64,000 bases of DNA, taken from NCBI GenBank assembly GCA_964016885.1, contig OZ024741.1, positions 55,614,001 through 55,678,000 on the forward strand, written 5' to 3'. The position numbers and the translations under genes were made by a program. The notes under the pieces were generated by a model, which was not told the DNA's origin, did no database searches, and saw nothing but the letters and a program-made list of their open reading frames with translations. This document shows positions 40,401 to 55,400 of this stretch, piece by piece; position 1 is the stretch's first letter; every line of letters begins with the position of its first letter. The stretch comes from Eledone cirrhosa (taxonomy: Eukaryota).

Positions 40401-43400
40401 CTAACCAGTCACCAACTACACAGTGTCTATCTATCCAGTCAACATCTAAACACTGTGTCAATCTATCCAGTGAACAACTACACAGTGTCTATATATCCAG
40501 TCAACAACTAGACAGTGTTTATATATCCAGTCAACATCTACACACTGTGTCAATTTATCCAGTCAAAATCTACACACTGTGTCAATCTATCCAGTCAACA
40601 ACTACACAGTGTCTATCTATCCACTCAACAACTACACACTGTGTCAATCTATCCATTCAACAACTACACAGTATCTATATATCCACTCAACATGTACACA
40701 CTGTGTCAATCTATCCAAGCAACAACTACACAGTTTCTATCTATCCAGTCAACAACTTCACAATGTGTCAATCTATACAGTCAACAACCACACAGTGTCT
40801 ATATATCCAGTCAACAACTACACACTGTGTCAATCTATCCTGTCAACATCTACACACTGTGTCAGTCTATCCAGCGAACAACTACACAGTGTCTATCTAT
40901 CCAGTCAACAACTACATAGTGTCTATCTATACAGTCAACATCTACCCACTGTGTCAATCTATCCAGTGAACAATTACACAGTGTCTATATATCCAGTCAA
41001 CAACTACACAGTGTCTATATATCCAGTGAACAACGACACGGTGTCTATCTATCCAGTCAACATCTACACAGTGTCTATCTATCCAGTCATCATCTACACA
41101 CTATGTCAATCTATCCAGTCAACATCTACACACTGTGTCAATCTATCCAGTGAACAACTACACAGTGTCTATATATCCAGTTAACACCTACACACTGTGT
41201 CAATCTATCATGTCAACATCTACACACTGTGTCAATCTATCCAGTGCACAACTACACAGTGTCTATATATCCAGTCAACAACTACACACTGTGTCAACCT
41301 GTCCCGTCATCATCTACACACTGTGTCAATCTATCCAGTGAACAACTACACAGTGTCTATATATCCAGTCAACAACTACACACTGTGTCAATCTATCCAG
41401 TCAATATCTGCACAGTGTCTATATTTCCAGTCAACATCTACACACTGTGTCAATCTATCCAAGCAACAACTACACAGTTTTTATCTATCCAGTCAACAAC
41501 TACACACTGTGTCAATCTATACAGTCAACAACCACACAGTGTCTATATATCCAGTCAACAACTACACACTGTGTCAATCTATCCAGTCAACATCTACATA
41601 CTGTGTCAGTCTATCCAGCGAACAACTACACAGTGTCTATCTATCCAGTCAACAACTGCATAGTGTCTATCTATCCAGTCAACATCTACCCACTGTGTCA
41701 ATCTATCCAGTCATCAACTACACAGTGTCTATCTATCCTGTCAAAAACTACACAGTCTATATATCCAGTCAACAACTACACAGTGTCTATCTATCCATTC
41801 AACATCTACACAGTGTCTATCTATCCAGTCATCATCTACACTCTATGTCAATCTATCCAGTCAACATCTACCCACTGTGTCAATCTATCCAGTGAACAAC
41901 TACACGTTGTCTATATATCCAGTTCACACCTAAACACTGTGTCAATCTATCAAGTCAACATCTACACAGTGTCAATCTATCCAGTGAACAACTACACAGT
42001 GTCTATATATCCAGTCAACAACTACACAGTATCTATCTATCCAGTCAACTTCTACACACTGTATTAATCTTTCCAGTCCACAACTACACAGTGTCTATCT
42101 ATCCAGTCAACAATTACACACTGTGTCAATCTATCCAGCCAACAAATACACTGTGTCTATATATCCAATCAACAACTACACATTGTCGATATATCCAGTC
42201 AACATCTACACACTGTATCACTCTATCCAGTCAACAACTACACACTGTCTCAATCTATCCAGTCAACAACTACACACTGTGTCAATATATCCAGTCAAAA
42301 ACTACAGAGTGTCTATCTATCTAGTCAACAACTACACAGTGTCAATCTGTCCAGTCAACAACTGCACAGTGTCTATCTATCCCGTCAACAACTAAACAGT
42401 TTCAATCTATCCAGTCAACAACTATACAGTGTCTATATATCCAGTCAACATCTACACACTGTGTTAATCTATCCAGCCAACAACTACACAGTGTCTATCT
42501 ATCCAGTCAACAACTACACACTGTGTCAATCTATCCAGTCAACAACTACACAGTGTCTATCTATCCAGTCAACAACTACACACTGTGTCAATCTATCCAG
42601 TCAACAACTACACGCTGTGTCAATCTATCCAGTCATCAACTACACAGTGTCTATCTATGCAGTCAACAACTACACAGTGTCTATATATCCAGTGAACAAC
42701 GACACAGTGTCTATCTATCCCGTCATCATCTACACACTATGTCAATCTATCCAGTCAACATCTACACACTGTGTCAATCTATCCAGTGAACAACTACACA
42801 GTGTCTATCTATGCAGTCAAAAACTACACAGTGTCTATATGTCCAGTGAACAACTACACAGTGTCTATATATCCAGTCAACAACTACACAGTATCTATCT
42901 ACCCAGTCAACATCTACACACTGTGTCAATCTATCCAGTGAACAACTACACAGTGTCTATATATCCAGTTAACACCTACACACTGTGTCAATCTATCATG
43001 TCAACATCTACACACTGTGTCAATCTATCCAGTTCACAACTACACAGTGTCTATATATCCAGTCAACAACTACACACTGTGTCAATCTATCCAGTCAATA
43101 TCTGCACACAGTGTCAATCTATCCAGTGAACAACTACACAGTGTCTATCTATCCAGCCAACAACTACACAGTGTCTATCTATCCAGTCAACAACTACACA
43201 GTGTCTATATATCCAGTCAACATCTACACACTGTGTCAATCTATCCAAGCAACAACTACACAGTTTCTATCTATCCAGTCAACAACTACACACTGTGTCA
43301 ATCTATACAGTCAACAACCACACAGTGTCTATATATCCAGTCAACAACTACACACTGTGTCAATCTATCCAGTCAACATCTACACACTGTGTCAGTCTAT

Positions 43401-46400
43401 CCAGCGAACAACTAAACAGTGTCTATCTATCCAGTCAAGAACTGCATAGTGTCTATCTATCCAGTCAACATCTACCCACTGTGTCAATCTATCCAGTCAT
43501 CAACTACACAGTGTCTATCTATGCTGTCAAAAACTACACAGTCTATATATCCAGTCAACAACTACAGAGTGTCTATCTATCCATTCAACATCTACACAGT
43601 GTCTATCTATCCAGTCATCATCTACACTCTATGTCAATCTATCCAGTCAACATCTACCCACTGTGTCAATCTATCCAGTGAACAACTACACGGTGTCTAT
43701 ATATCCAGTTCACACCTAAACACTGTGTCAATCTATCAAGTCAACATCTACACAGTGTCAATCTATCCAGTGAACAACTACACAGTGTCTATATATCCAG
43801 TCAACAACTACACAGTATCTATCTATCCAGTCAACATCTATACACTGTATTAATCTTTCCAGTCCACAACTACACAGTGTCTATCTATCCAGTCAACAAT
43901 TACACACTGTGTCAATCTATCCAGCCAACAAATACACTGTGTCTATATATCCAATCAACAACTACACATTGTCTCTATATCCAGTCAACATCTACACACT
44001 GTATCACTCTATCCAGTCAACAACTACACACTGTCTCAATCTATCCAGTCAACAACTACACACTGTGTCAATATATCCAGTCAAAAACTACAGAGTGTCT
44101 ATCTATCTAGTCAACAACTACACAGTGTCAATCTGTCCAGTCAACAACTGCACAGTGTCTATCTATCCCGTCAACAACTAAACAGTTTCAATCTATCCAG
44201 TCAACAAATATACAGTGTCTATATATCCAGTCAACATCTACACACTGTGTTAATCTATCCAGCCAACAACTACACAGTGTCTATCTATCCAGTCAACAAC
44301 TACACAGTGTCTATCTATCCAGTCAACAACTACACACTGTGTCAATCTATCCAGTCAACAACTACACGCTGTGTCAATCTATCCAGTCATCAACTACACA
44401 GTGTCTATCTATGCAGTCAACAACTACACAGTGTCTATATATCCAGTGAACAACGACACAGTGTCTATCTATCCCGTCATCATCTACACACTATGTCAAT
44501 CTATCCAGTCAACATCTACACACTGTGTCAATCTATCCAGTGAACAACTACACAGTGTCTATCTATGCAGTCAAAAACTACACAGTGTCTATATGTCCAG
44601 TGAACAACTACACAGTGTCTATATATCCAGTCAACAACTACACAGTATCTATCTACCCAGTCAACATCTACACACTGTGTCAATCTATCCAGTCAACAAC
44701 TACACAGTGTCAATCTATCCAGTCAACAACTACACACTGTGTCAATCTATCCAGTCATCAACTACACAGTGTCTATCTATGCAGTCAACAACTACACAGT
44801 GTCTATATATCCAGTGAACAACGACACAGTGTCTATCTATCCAGTCAACATCTACACAGTGTCTATCTATCCAGTCATCATCTACACATTATGTCAATCT
44901 ATCCAGTCAACATCTACACACTGTGTCAATCTATCCAGTGAACAACTACACAGTGTCTATATATCCAGTTAACACCTACACACTGTGTCAATCTATCCAG
45001 TCAACATCTACACACTGTGTCAATCTATCCAGTGCACAACTATACAGTGTCTATATATCCAGTCAACAACTACACACTGTGTCAATCTATCCCGTCATCA
45101 TCTACACACTGTGTCAATCTATCCAGTGAACAACTACACAGTGTCTATATATCCAGTCAACAACTACACACTGTGTCGATCTATCCAGTCAATATCTGCA
45201 CACCGTGTCAATCTATCCAGTGAACAACTACACAGTGTCTATCTATCCAGCACAAAACTACACAGTGTCTATCTATCCAGTCAACAACTACACAGTGTCT
45301 ATATATCCAGTCAACATCTACACACTGTGTCAATCTATCCAAGCAACAACTACACAGTTTCTATCTATCCAGTCAACAACTACACACTGTGTCAATCTAT
45401 ACAGTCAACAACCACACAGTGTCTATATATCCAGTCAACAACTACAAACTGTGTCAATCTATCCAGTCAACATCTACACACTGTGTCAATCTATCCAGCG
45501 AACAACTACACAGTGTCTATCTATCCAGTCAACAACTACATAGTGTCTATCTATCCAGTCAACATCTAAGCACTGTGTCAATCTATCCAGTGAACAACTA
45601 CACAGTGTCTATATATCCAGTCAACAACTACACAGTATCTATCTACCCAGTCAACATCTACACACTGTGTCAATCTATCCAGTCAACATCTACACAGTGT
45701 CTATATATCCAGTCAACATCTACACACCGTGTCAATCTATCCAGTCAACAACTACACACTGTGTCAATCTATCCAGTCATCAACTACACAGTGTCTATCT
45801 ATGCAGTCAAAAACTACACAGTGTCTATCTATCCAGTCAACATCTACACAGTGTCTATCTATCCAGTCATCATCTACACACTATGTCAATCTATCCAGTC
45901 AACATCTACACACTGTGTCAATCTATCCAGTGAACAACTACACAGTGTCTATATATCCAGTTCACACCTACACACTATGTCAATCTATCCAGTCAACATC
46001 TACACACTGTGTCAATCTATACAGTGAACAACTACACAGTGTCTATATATCCAGTCAACAACTACACAGTATCTATCTATCCAGTCAACATGTACACACT
46101 GTGTTAATCATTCCAGTCCACAACTACACAGTGTCTATCTATCCAATCAACAATTACACACTGTGTCAATCTATCCAGCCAACAAATACACTGTGTCTAT
46201 ATATCCAATCAACAACTACACATTGTCTATATATCCAGTCAACATCTACACACTGTATCACTCTATCCAGTCAACAACTACCCACTGTGTCAATCTATCC
46301 AGTCAACAACTACACACTGTGTCAATATATCCAGTCAAAAACTACAGAGTGTCTATCTATCTAGTCAACAACTACACAGTGTCAATCTGTCCAGTCAACA

Positions 46401-49400
46401 ACTACACAGTGTCTATATATCCAGTCAACATCTACACACTGTGTCAATCTATCCAAGCAACAACTACACAGTTTCTATCTATCCAGTCAACAACTACACA
46501 CTGTGTCAATCTATACAGTCAACAACCACACAGTGTCTATATATCCAGTCAACAACTACACACGGTGTCAATCTATCCAGTCAACATCTACACACTGTGT
46601 CAGTCTATCCAGCGAACAACTACACAGTGTCTATCTATCCAGTCAACAACTGCATAGTGTCTATCTATCTATCCAGTCAACATCTACCCACTGTGTCAAT
46701 CTATCCTGTCATCAACTACACAGTGTCTATCTATGCTGTCAAAAACTACACAGTGTCTATATATCCAGTGAACAACTACACAGTGTCTATCTATCCATTC
46801 AACATCTACACAGTGTCTATCTATCCAGTCATCATCTACACTCTATGTCAATCTATCCAGTCAACATCTACCCACTGTGTCAATCTATCCAGTGAACAAC
46901 TACACGGTGTCTATATATCCAATTCACACCTAAACACTGTGTCAATCTATCAAGTCAACATCTACACAGTGTCAATCTATCCAGTGAACAACTACACAGT
47001 GTCTATATATCCAGTCAACAACTACACAGTATCTATCTATCCAGTCAACATCTACACACTGTATTAATCTTTCAAGTCCACAACTACACAGTGTCTATCT
47101 ATCCAGTCAACAATTCCACACTGTGTCAATCTATCCAGCCAACAAATACACTGTGTCTATATATCCAATCAACAACTACACATTGTCTATATTTCCAGTC
47201 AACATCTACACACTGTATCACTCTATCCAGTCAACAACTACACACTGTCTCAATCTATCCAGTCAACAACTACACACAGTGTCAATATATCCAGTCAAAA
47301 ACTACAGAGTGTCTATCTATCTAGTCAACAACTACACAGTGTCAATCTGTCCAGTCAACAACTATACAGTGTCTATATATCCAGTCAACATCTACACACT
47401 GTGTAAATCTATGCAGCCAATAACTACACAGTGTCTATCTATCCAGTCAACAACTACACACTGTGTCAATCTATCCAGTCAACAACTACACAGTGTCTAT
47501 CTATCCAGTCAACAACTACACACTGTGCCAATCTAACCAGTCAACAACTACACACTGTGTCAATCTATCCAGTCATCAACTACACAGAGTCTATCTATTC
47601 AGTCAACAACTACACAGTGTCTATATATCCAGTGAACAACGACACAGTGTCTATCTATCCAGTCATCATCTACACACTATGTCAATCTATCCAGTCAACA
47701 TCTACACACTGTGTCAATCTATCCAGTGAACAACTACACAGTGTCTATCTATGCAGTCAAAAACTACACAGTGTCTATATGTCCAGTGAACAACTACACA
47801 GTGTCTATATATCCAGTCAACAACTACACAGTATCTATCTACCCAGTCGACATCTACACACTGTGTCAATCTATCCAATCAACAACTACACAGTGTCTAT
47901 ATATCCAGTCAACATCTACACACAGTGTCAATCTATCCAGTCAACAACTACACACTGTGTCAATCTATCCAGTCATCAACTACACAGTGTCTATCTATGC
48001 AGTCAAAAACTACACAGTGTCTATATATCCAGTGAACAACTACACAGTGTCTATCTATCCATTCAACATCTACACAGTGTCTATCTATCCAGTCATCATC
48101 TACACTCTATGTCAATCTATCCAGTCAACATCTACCCACTGTGTCAATCTATCCAGTGAACAACTACACGGTGTCTATATATCCAATTCACACCTAAACA
48201 CTGTGTCAATCTATCAAGTCAACATCTACACAGTGTCAATCTATCCAGTGAACAACTACACAGTGTCTATATATCCAGTCAACAACTACACAGTATCTAT
48301 CTATCCAGTCAACATCTACACACTGTATTAATCTTTCAAGTCCACAACTACACAGTGTCTATCTATCCAGTCAACAATTCCACACTGTGTCAATCTATCC
48401 AGTCATCATCTACACACTGTGTCAATCTATCCAGTGAACAACTACACAGTGTCTATATATCCATTCAACAACTACACACTGTGTCAATCTATCCAGTCAA
48501 TATCTGCACACCGTGTCAATCTATCCAGTGAACAACTACACAGTGTCTATCTATCCAGCCAACAATTACACAGTGTCTATCTATCCAGTCAACAACTACA
48601 CAGTGTCTATATATCCAGTCAACATCTACACACTGTGTCAATCTATCCAAGCAACAACTACACAGTTTCTATCTATCCAGTCAACAACTACACACTGTGT
48701 CAATCTATACAGTCAACAACCACACAGTGTCTATATATCCAGTCAACAACTACAAACTGTGTCAATCAATCCAGTCAACATCTACACACTGTGTCAATCT
48801 ATCCAGCAAACAACAACACAGTGTCTATATATCCAGTCAACAACTACATAGTGTCTATCTATCCAGTCAACATCTACCCACTGTGTCAATCTATCCAGTG
48901 AACAACTACACAGTGTCTATATATCCAGTCAACAACTACACAGTATCTATCTACCCAGTCAACATCTACACACTGTGTCAATCTATCCAGTCAACATCTA
49001 CACAGTGTCTATATATCCAGTCAACATCTACACACCGTGTCAATCTATCCAGTCAACAACTACACACTGTGTCAATCTATCCAGTCATCAACTACACAGT
49101 GTCTATCTATGCAGTCAAAAACTACACAGTGTCTATATATCCAGTGAACAACTACACAGTGTCTATCTATCCAGTCAACATCTACACAGTGTCTATCTAT
49201 CCAGTCATCATCTACACACTATGTCAATCTATCCAGTCAACATCTACACACTGTGTCAATCTATCCAGTGAACAACTACACAGTGTCTATATATCCAGTT
49301 CACACCTACACACAGTGTCAATCTATCAAGTCAACATCTACACACTGTGTCAATCTATACAGTCAACAACTACACAGTGTCTATATATCCAGTCAACAAC

Positions 49401-52400
49401 TACACAGTATCTATCTATCCAGTCAACATGTACACACTGTGTTAATCATTCCAGTCCACAACTACACAGTGTCTATCTATCCAATCAACAACTACACATT
49501 GTCTATATATCCAGTCAACATCTACACACTGTATCACTCTATCCAGTCAACAACTACACACTGTGTCAATCTATCCAGTAAACAACTACACACTGTGTCA
49601 ATATATCCAGTCAAAAACTACAGAGTGTCTATCTATCTAGTCAACAACTACACAGTGTCAATCTGTCCAGTCAACAACTGCACAGTGTCTATCTATCCCG
49701 TCAACAACTAAACAGTTTGAATCTATCCAGTCAACAACTATACAGTGTCTATATATCCAGTCAACATCTACACACTGTGTCAATCTATCCAGCCAACAAC
49801 TACACAGTGTCTAACTATCCAGTCAACAACTACACACTGTGTCAATCTATCCAGTCAAGAACTACACAGTGTCTATCTATCCAGTCAACAACTACACACT
49901 GTGTCAATCTATCCAGCCAACAACTACATAGTGTCTATCTATTCAGTCAACATCTACCCACTGTGTCAATCTATCCAGTCATCAACTACACAGTGTGTAT
50001 CTATGCTGTCAAAAACTACACAGTGCCTATATATCCAGTGAACAACTACACAGTGTGTATCTATCCATTCAACATCTACACAGTGTCTATCTATCCAGTC
50101 ATCATCTACACTCTATGTCAATCTATCCAGTCAACATCTACCCACTGTGTCAATCTATCCAGTGAACAACTACACGGTTTCAATATATCCAGTCAACAAC
50201 TACACAGTATCTATCTATCCAGTCAACATCTACACACTGTATTAATCTTTCCAGTCCACAACTACACAGTGTCTATCTATCCAGTCAACAATTACACACT
50301 GTGTCAATCTATCCAGCCAACAAATACACTGTGTCTATATATCCAATCAACAACTACACATTGTCTATATATCCAGTCAACATCTACACACTGTATCACT
50401 CTATCCAGTCAACAACTACACACTGTCTCAATCTATCCAGTCAACAACTACACACAGTGTCAATATATCCAGTCAACAACTACACAGTGTCAATCTGTCC
50501 AGTCAACAACTGCACAGTATCTATCTATCCCGTCAACAACTAAACAGTTTCAATCTATCCAGTCAACAACTATACAGTGTCTATATATCCAATCAACATC
50601 TACACACTGTGTTAATCTATCCAGCCAATAACTACACAGTGTCTATCTATCCAGTCAACAACTACACACTGTGTCAATCTATCCAGTCAACAACTACACA
50701 GTGTCTATCTATCCAGTCAACAACTACACACTGTGTCAATCTATCCAGTCAACAACTACACACTGTGTCAATCTATCCAGTCATCAACTACACAGTGTCT
50801 ATCTATGCAGTCAACAACTACACAGTGTATATATATCCAGTGAACAACGACACAGTGTCTATCTATCCAGTCATCATCTACACACTATGTCAATCTATCC
50901 AGTCAACATCTACACACTGTGTCAATCTATCCAGTGAACAACTACACAGTGTCTATCTATGCAGTCAAAAACTACACAGTGTCTATATGTCCAGTGAACA
51001 ACTACACAGTGTCTATATATCCAGTCAACAACTACACAGTATCTATCTACCCAGTCAACATCTACACTCTGTGTCAATCTATCCAGTCAACAACTACACA
51101 GTGTCTATATATCCAGTCAACATCTACACACAGTGTCAATCTATCCAGTCAACAACTACACACTGTGTCAATCTATCCAGTCATCAACTACACAGTGTCT
51201 ATCTATGCAGTCAAAAACTACACAGTGTCTATATATCCAGTGAACAACTACACAGTGTCTATCTATCCAGTGAACATCTACACAGTGTCTATCTATCCAG
51301 TCATCATCTACACACTATGTCAATCTATCCAGTCAACATCTACACACTGTGTCAATCTATCCAGTGAACAACTACACAGTGTCTATATATCCAGTTCACA
51401 CCTACACACTGTGTCAATCTATCAAGTCAACATCTACACACTGTGTCAATCTATACAGTGAACAACTACACAGTGTCTATATATCCAGTCAACAACTACA
51501 CAGTATCTATCTATCCAGTCAACATGTACACACTGTGTTAATCATTCCAGTCCACAACTACACAGTGTCTATCTATCCAATCAACAATTACACACTGTGT
51601 CAATCTATCCAGCCAACAAATACACTGTGTCTATATATCCAATCAACAACTACACATTGTCTATATATCCAGTCAACATCTACACACTGTATCACTCTAT
51701 CCAGACAACAACTACACACTGTGTCAATCTATCCAGTAAACAACTACACACTGTGTCAATATATCCAGTCAAAAACTACAGAGTGTCTATCTATCTAGTC
51801 AACAACTACACAGTGTCAATCTGTCCAGTCAACAACTGCACAGTGTCTATCTATCCCGTCAACAACTAAACAGTTTGAATCTATCCAGTCAACAACTATA
51901 CAGTGTCTATATATCCAGTCAACATCTACACACTGTGTCAATCTATCCAGCCAACAACTACACAGTGTCTAACTATCCAGTCAACAACTACACACTGTGT
52001 CAATCTATCCAGTCAACAACTACACAGTGTCTATCTATCCAGTCAACAACTACACACTGTGTCAATCTATCCAGCCAACAACTACACAGTGTCTATCTAT
52101 CCAGTCAACATCTACCCATTGTGTCAATCTATCCAGTCATCAACTACACAGTGTGTATCTATGCTGTCAAAAACTGCACAGTGTCTATATATCCAGTGAA
52201 CAACTACACAGTGTCTATCTATCCATTCAACATCTACACAGTGTCTATCTATCCAGTCATCATCTACAATCTATGTCAATCTATCCAGTCAACATCTACC
52301 CACTGTGTCAATCTATCCAGTGAACAACTACACGGTGTCTATATATCCAGTTCACACCTAAACACTGTCTCAATCTATCAAGTCAACATCTACACAGTGT

Positions 52401-55400
52401 CAATCTATCCAGTGAACAACTACACAGTGTCTATATATCCAGTCAACAACTACACAGTATCTATCTATCCAGTGAACATCTACACACTGTATTAATCTTT
52501 CCAGTCCACAACTACACAGTGTCTATCTATCCAGTCAACAATTACACACTGTGGCAATCTATCCAGCCAACAAATACACTGTGTCTATATATCCAATCAA
52601 CAACTACACATTGTCTATATATCCAGTCAACATCTACACACTGTATCACTCTATCCAGTCAACAACTACACACTGTCTCAATCTATCCAGTCAACAACTA
52701 CACACAGTGTCAATATATCCAGTCAACAACTGCACAGTATCTATCTATCCCGTCAACAACTAAACAGTTTCAATCTATCCAGTCAACAACTATACAGTGT
52801 CTATATATCCAGTCAACATCTACACACTGTGTTAATCTATCCAGCCAATAACTACACAGTGTCTATCTATCCAGTCAACAACTACACACTGTGTCAATCT
52901 ATCCAGTCAACAACTACACAGTGTCTATCTATCTAGTCAACAACTACACAGTGTGTCAATCTATCCAGTCAACAACTACACACTGTGTCAATCTATCCAG
53001 TGAACAACTACACAGTGTCTATCTATGCAGTCAACAACTACACAGTGTCTATATATCCAGTGAACAACGACACAGTGTCTATCTATCCAGTCATCATCTA
53101 CACACTATGTCAATCTATCCAGTCAACATCTACACACTGTGTCAATCTATCCAAGCAACAACTACACAGTTTCTATCTATCCAGTCAACAACTACACACT
53201 GTGTCAATCTATACAGTCAACAACCACACAGTGTCTATATATCCAGTCAACAACTACAAACTGTGTCAATCTATCCAGTCAACATCTACACACTGTGTCA
53301 ATCTATCCAGCAAACAACAACACAGTGTCTATATATCCAGTCAACAACTACATAGTGTCTATCTATCCAGTCAACATCTACCCACTGTGTCAATCTATCC
53401 AGTGAACAACTACACAGTGTCTATATATCCAGTCAACAACTACACAGTATCTATCTACCCAGTCAACATCTACACACTGTGTCAATCTATCCAGTCAACA
53501 TCTACACAGTGTCTATATATCCAGTCAACATCTACACACCGTGTCAATCTATCCAGTCAACAACTACACACTGTGTCAATCTATCCAGTCATCAACTACA
53601 CAGTGTCTATCTATGCAGTCAAAAACTACACAGTGTCTATATATCCAGTGAACAACTACACAGTGTCTATCTATCCAGTCAACATCTACACAGTGTCTAT
53701 CTATCCAGTCATCATCTACACACTATGTCAATCTATCCAGTCAACATCTACACACTGTGTCAATCTATCCAGTGAACAACTACACAGTGTCTATATATCC
53801 AGTTCACACCTACACACTGTGTCAATCTATCAAGTCAACATCTACACACTGTGTCAATCTATACAGTGAACAACTACACAGTGTCTATATATCCTGTCAA
53901 CAACTACACAGTATCTATCTATCCAGTCAACATGTACACACTGTGTTAATCATTCCAGTCCACAACTACACAGTGTCTATCTATCCAATCAACAATTACA
54001 CACTATGTCAATCTATCCAGCCAACAAATACACTGTGTCTATATATCCAATCAACAACTACACATTGTCTATATATCCAGTCAACATCTACACACTGTAT
54101 CACTCTATCCAGTCAACAACTACACACTGTGTCAATCTATCCAGTAAACAACTACACACTGTGTCAATATATCCAGTCAAAAACTACAGAGTGTCTATCT
54201 ATCTAGTCAACAACTACACAGTGTCAATCTGTCCAGTCAACAACTGCACAGTGTCTATCTATCCCGTCAACAACTAAACAGTTTGAATCTATCCAGTCAA
54301 CAACTATACAGTGTCTATATATCCAGTCAACATCTACACACTGTGTCAATCTATCCAGCCAACAACTACACAGTGTCTAACTATCCAGTCAACAACTACA
54401 CACTGTGTCAATCTATCCAGTCAAGAACTACACAGTGTCTATCTATCCAGTCAACAACTACACACTGTGTCAATCTATCCAGCCAACAACTACACAGTGT
54501 CTATCTATCCAGTCAACATCTACCCACTGTGTCAATCTATCCAGTCATCAACTACACAGTGTGTATCTATGCTGTCAAAAACTACACAGTGCCTATATAT
54601 CCAGTGAACAACTAAGCAGTGTGTATCTATCCATTCAACATCTACACAGTGTCTATCTATCCAGTCATCATCTACACTCTATGTCAATCTATCCAGTCAA
54701 CATCTACCCACTGTGTCAATCTATCCAGTGAACAACTACACGGTGTCTATATATACAGTCAACAACTACACAGTATCTATCTATCCAGTCAACATCTACA
54801 CACTGTATTAATCTTTCCAGTCCACAACTACACAGTGTCTATCTATCCAGTCAACAATTACACACTGTGTCAATCTATCCAGCCAACAAATACACTGTGT
54901 CTATATATCCAATCAACAACTACACATTGTCTATATATCCAGTCAACATCTACACACTGTATCACTCTATCCAGTCAACAACTACACACTGTGTCAATCT
55001 ACCCAGTCAATAACTACACACTGTGTCAATATATGCAGTCAAAAACTACAGAGTGTCTATCTATCCAGTCAACAACTACACAGTGTCAATCTGTCCAGTC
55101 AACAACTGCACAGTGTCTATCTATCCCGTCAACAACTAAACAGTTTCAATCTACCCAGTCAACAACTATACAGTGTCTATATTATCCAGTCAACATCTAC
55201 ACACTGTGTCAATCTGTCCAGTCAACAACTGCACAGTGTCTATCTATCCCGTCAACAACTAAACAGTTTCAATCTATCCAGTCAACAATTACACAGTGTC
55301 TATATATCCAGTCAACATCTACACACTTTTTCAATCTATCCAGTCATCAACTACACAGTGTCTATCTATGCAGTCAACAACTACACAGTGTCTATATATC

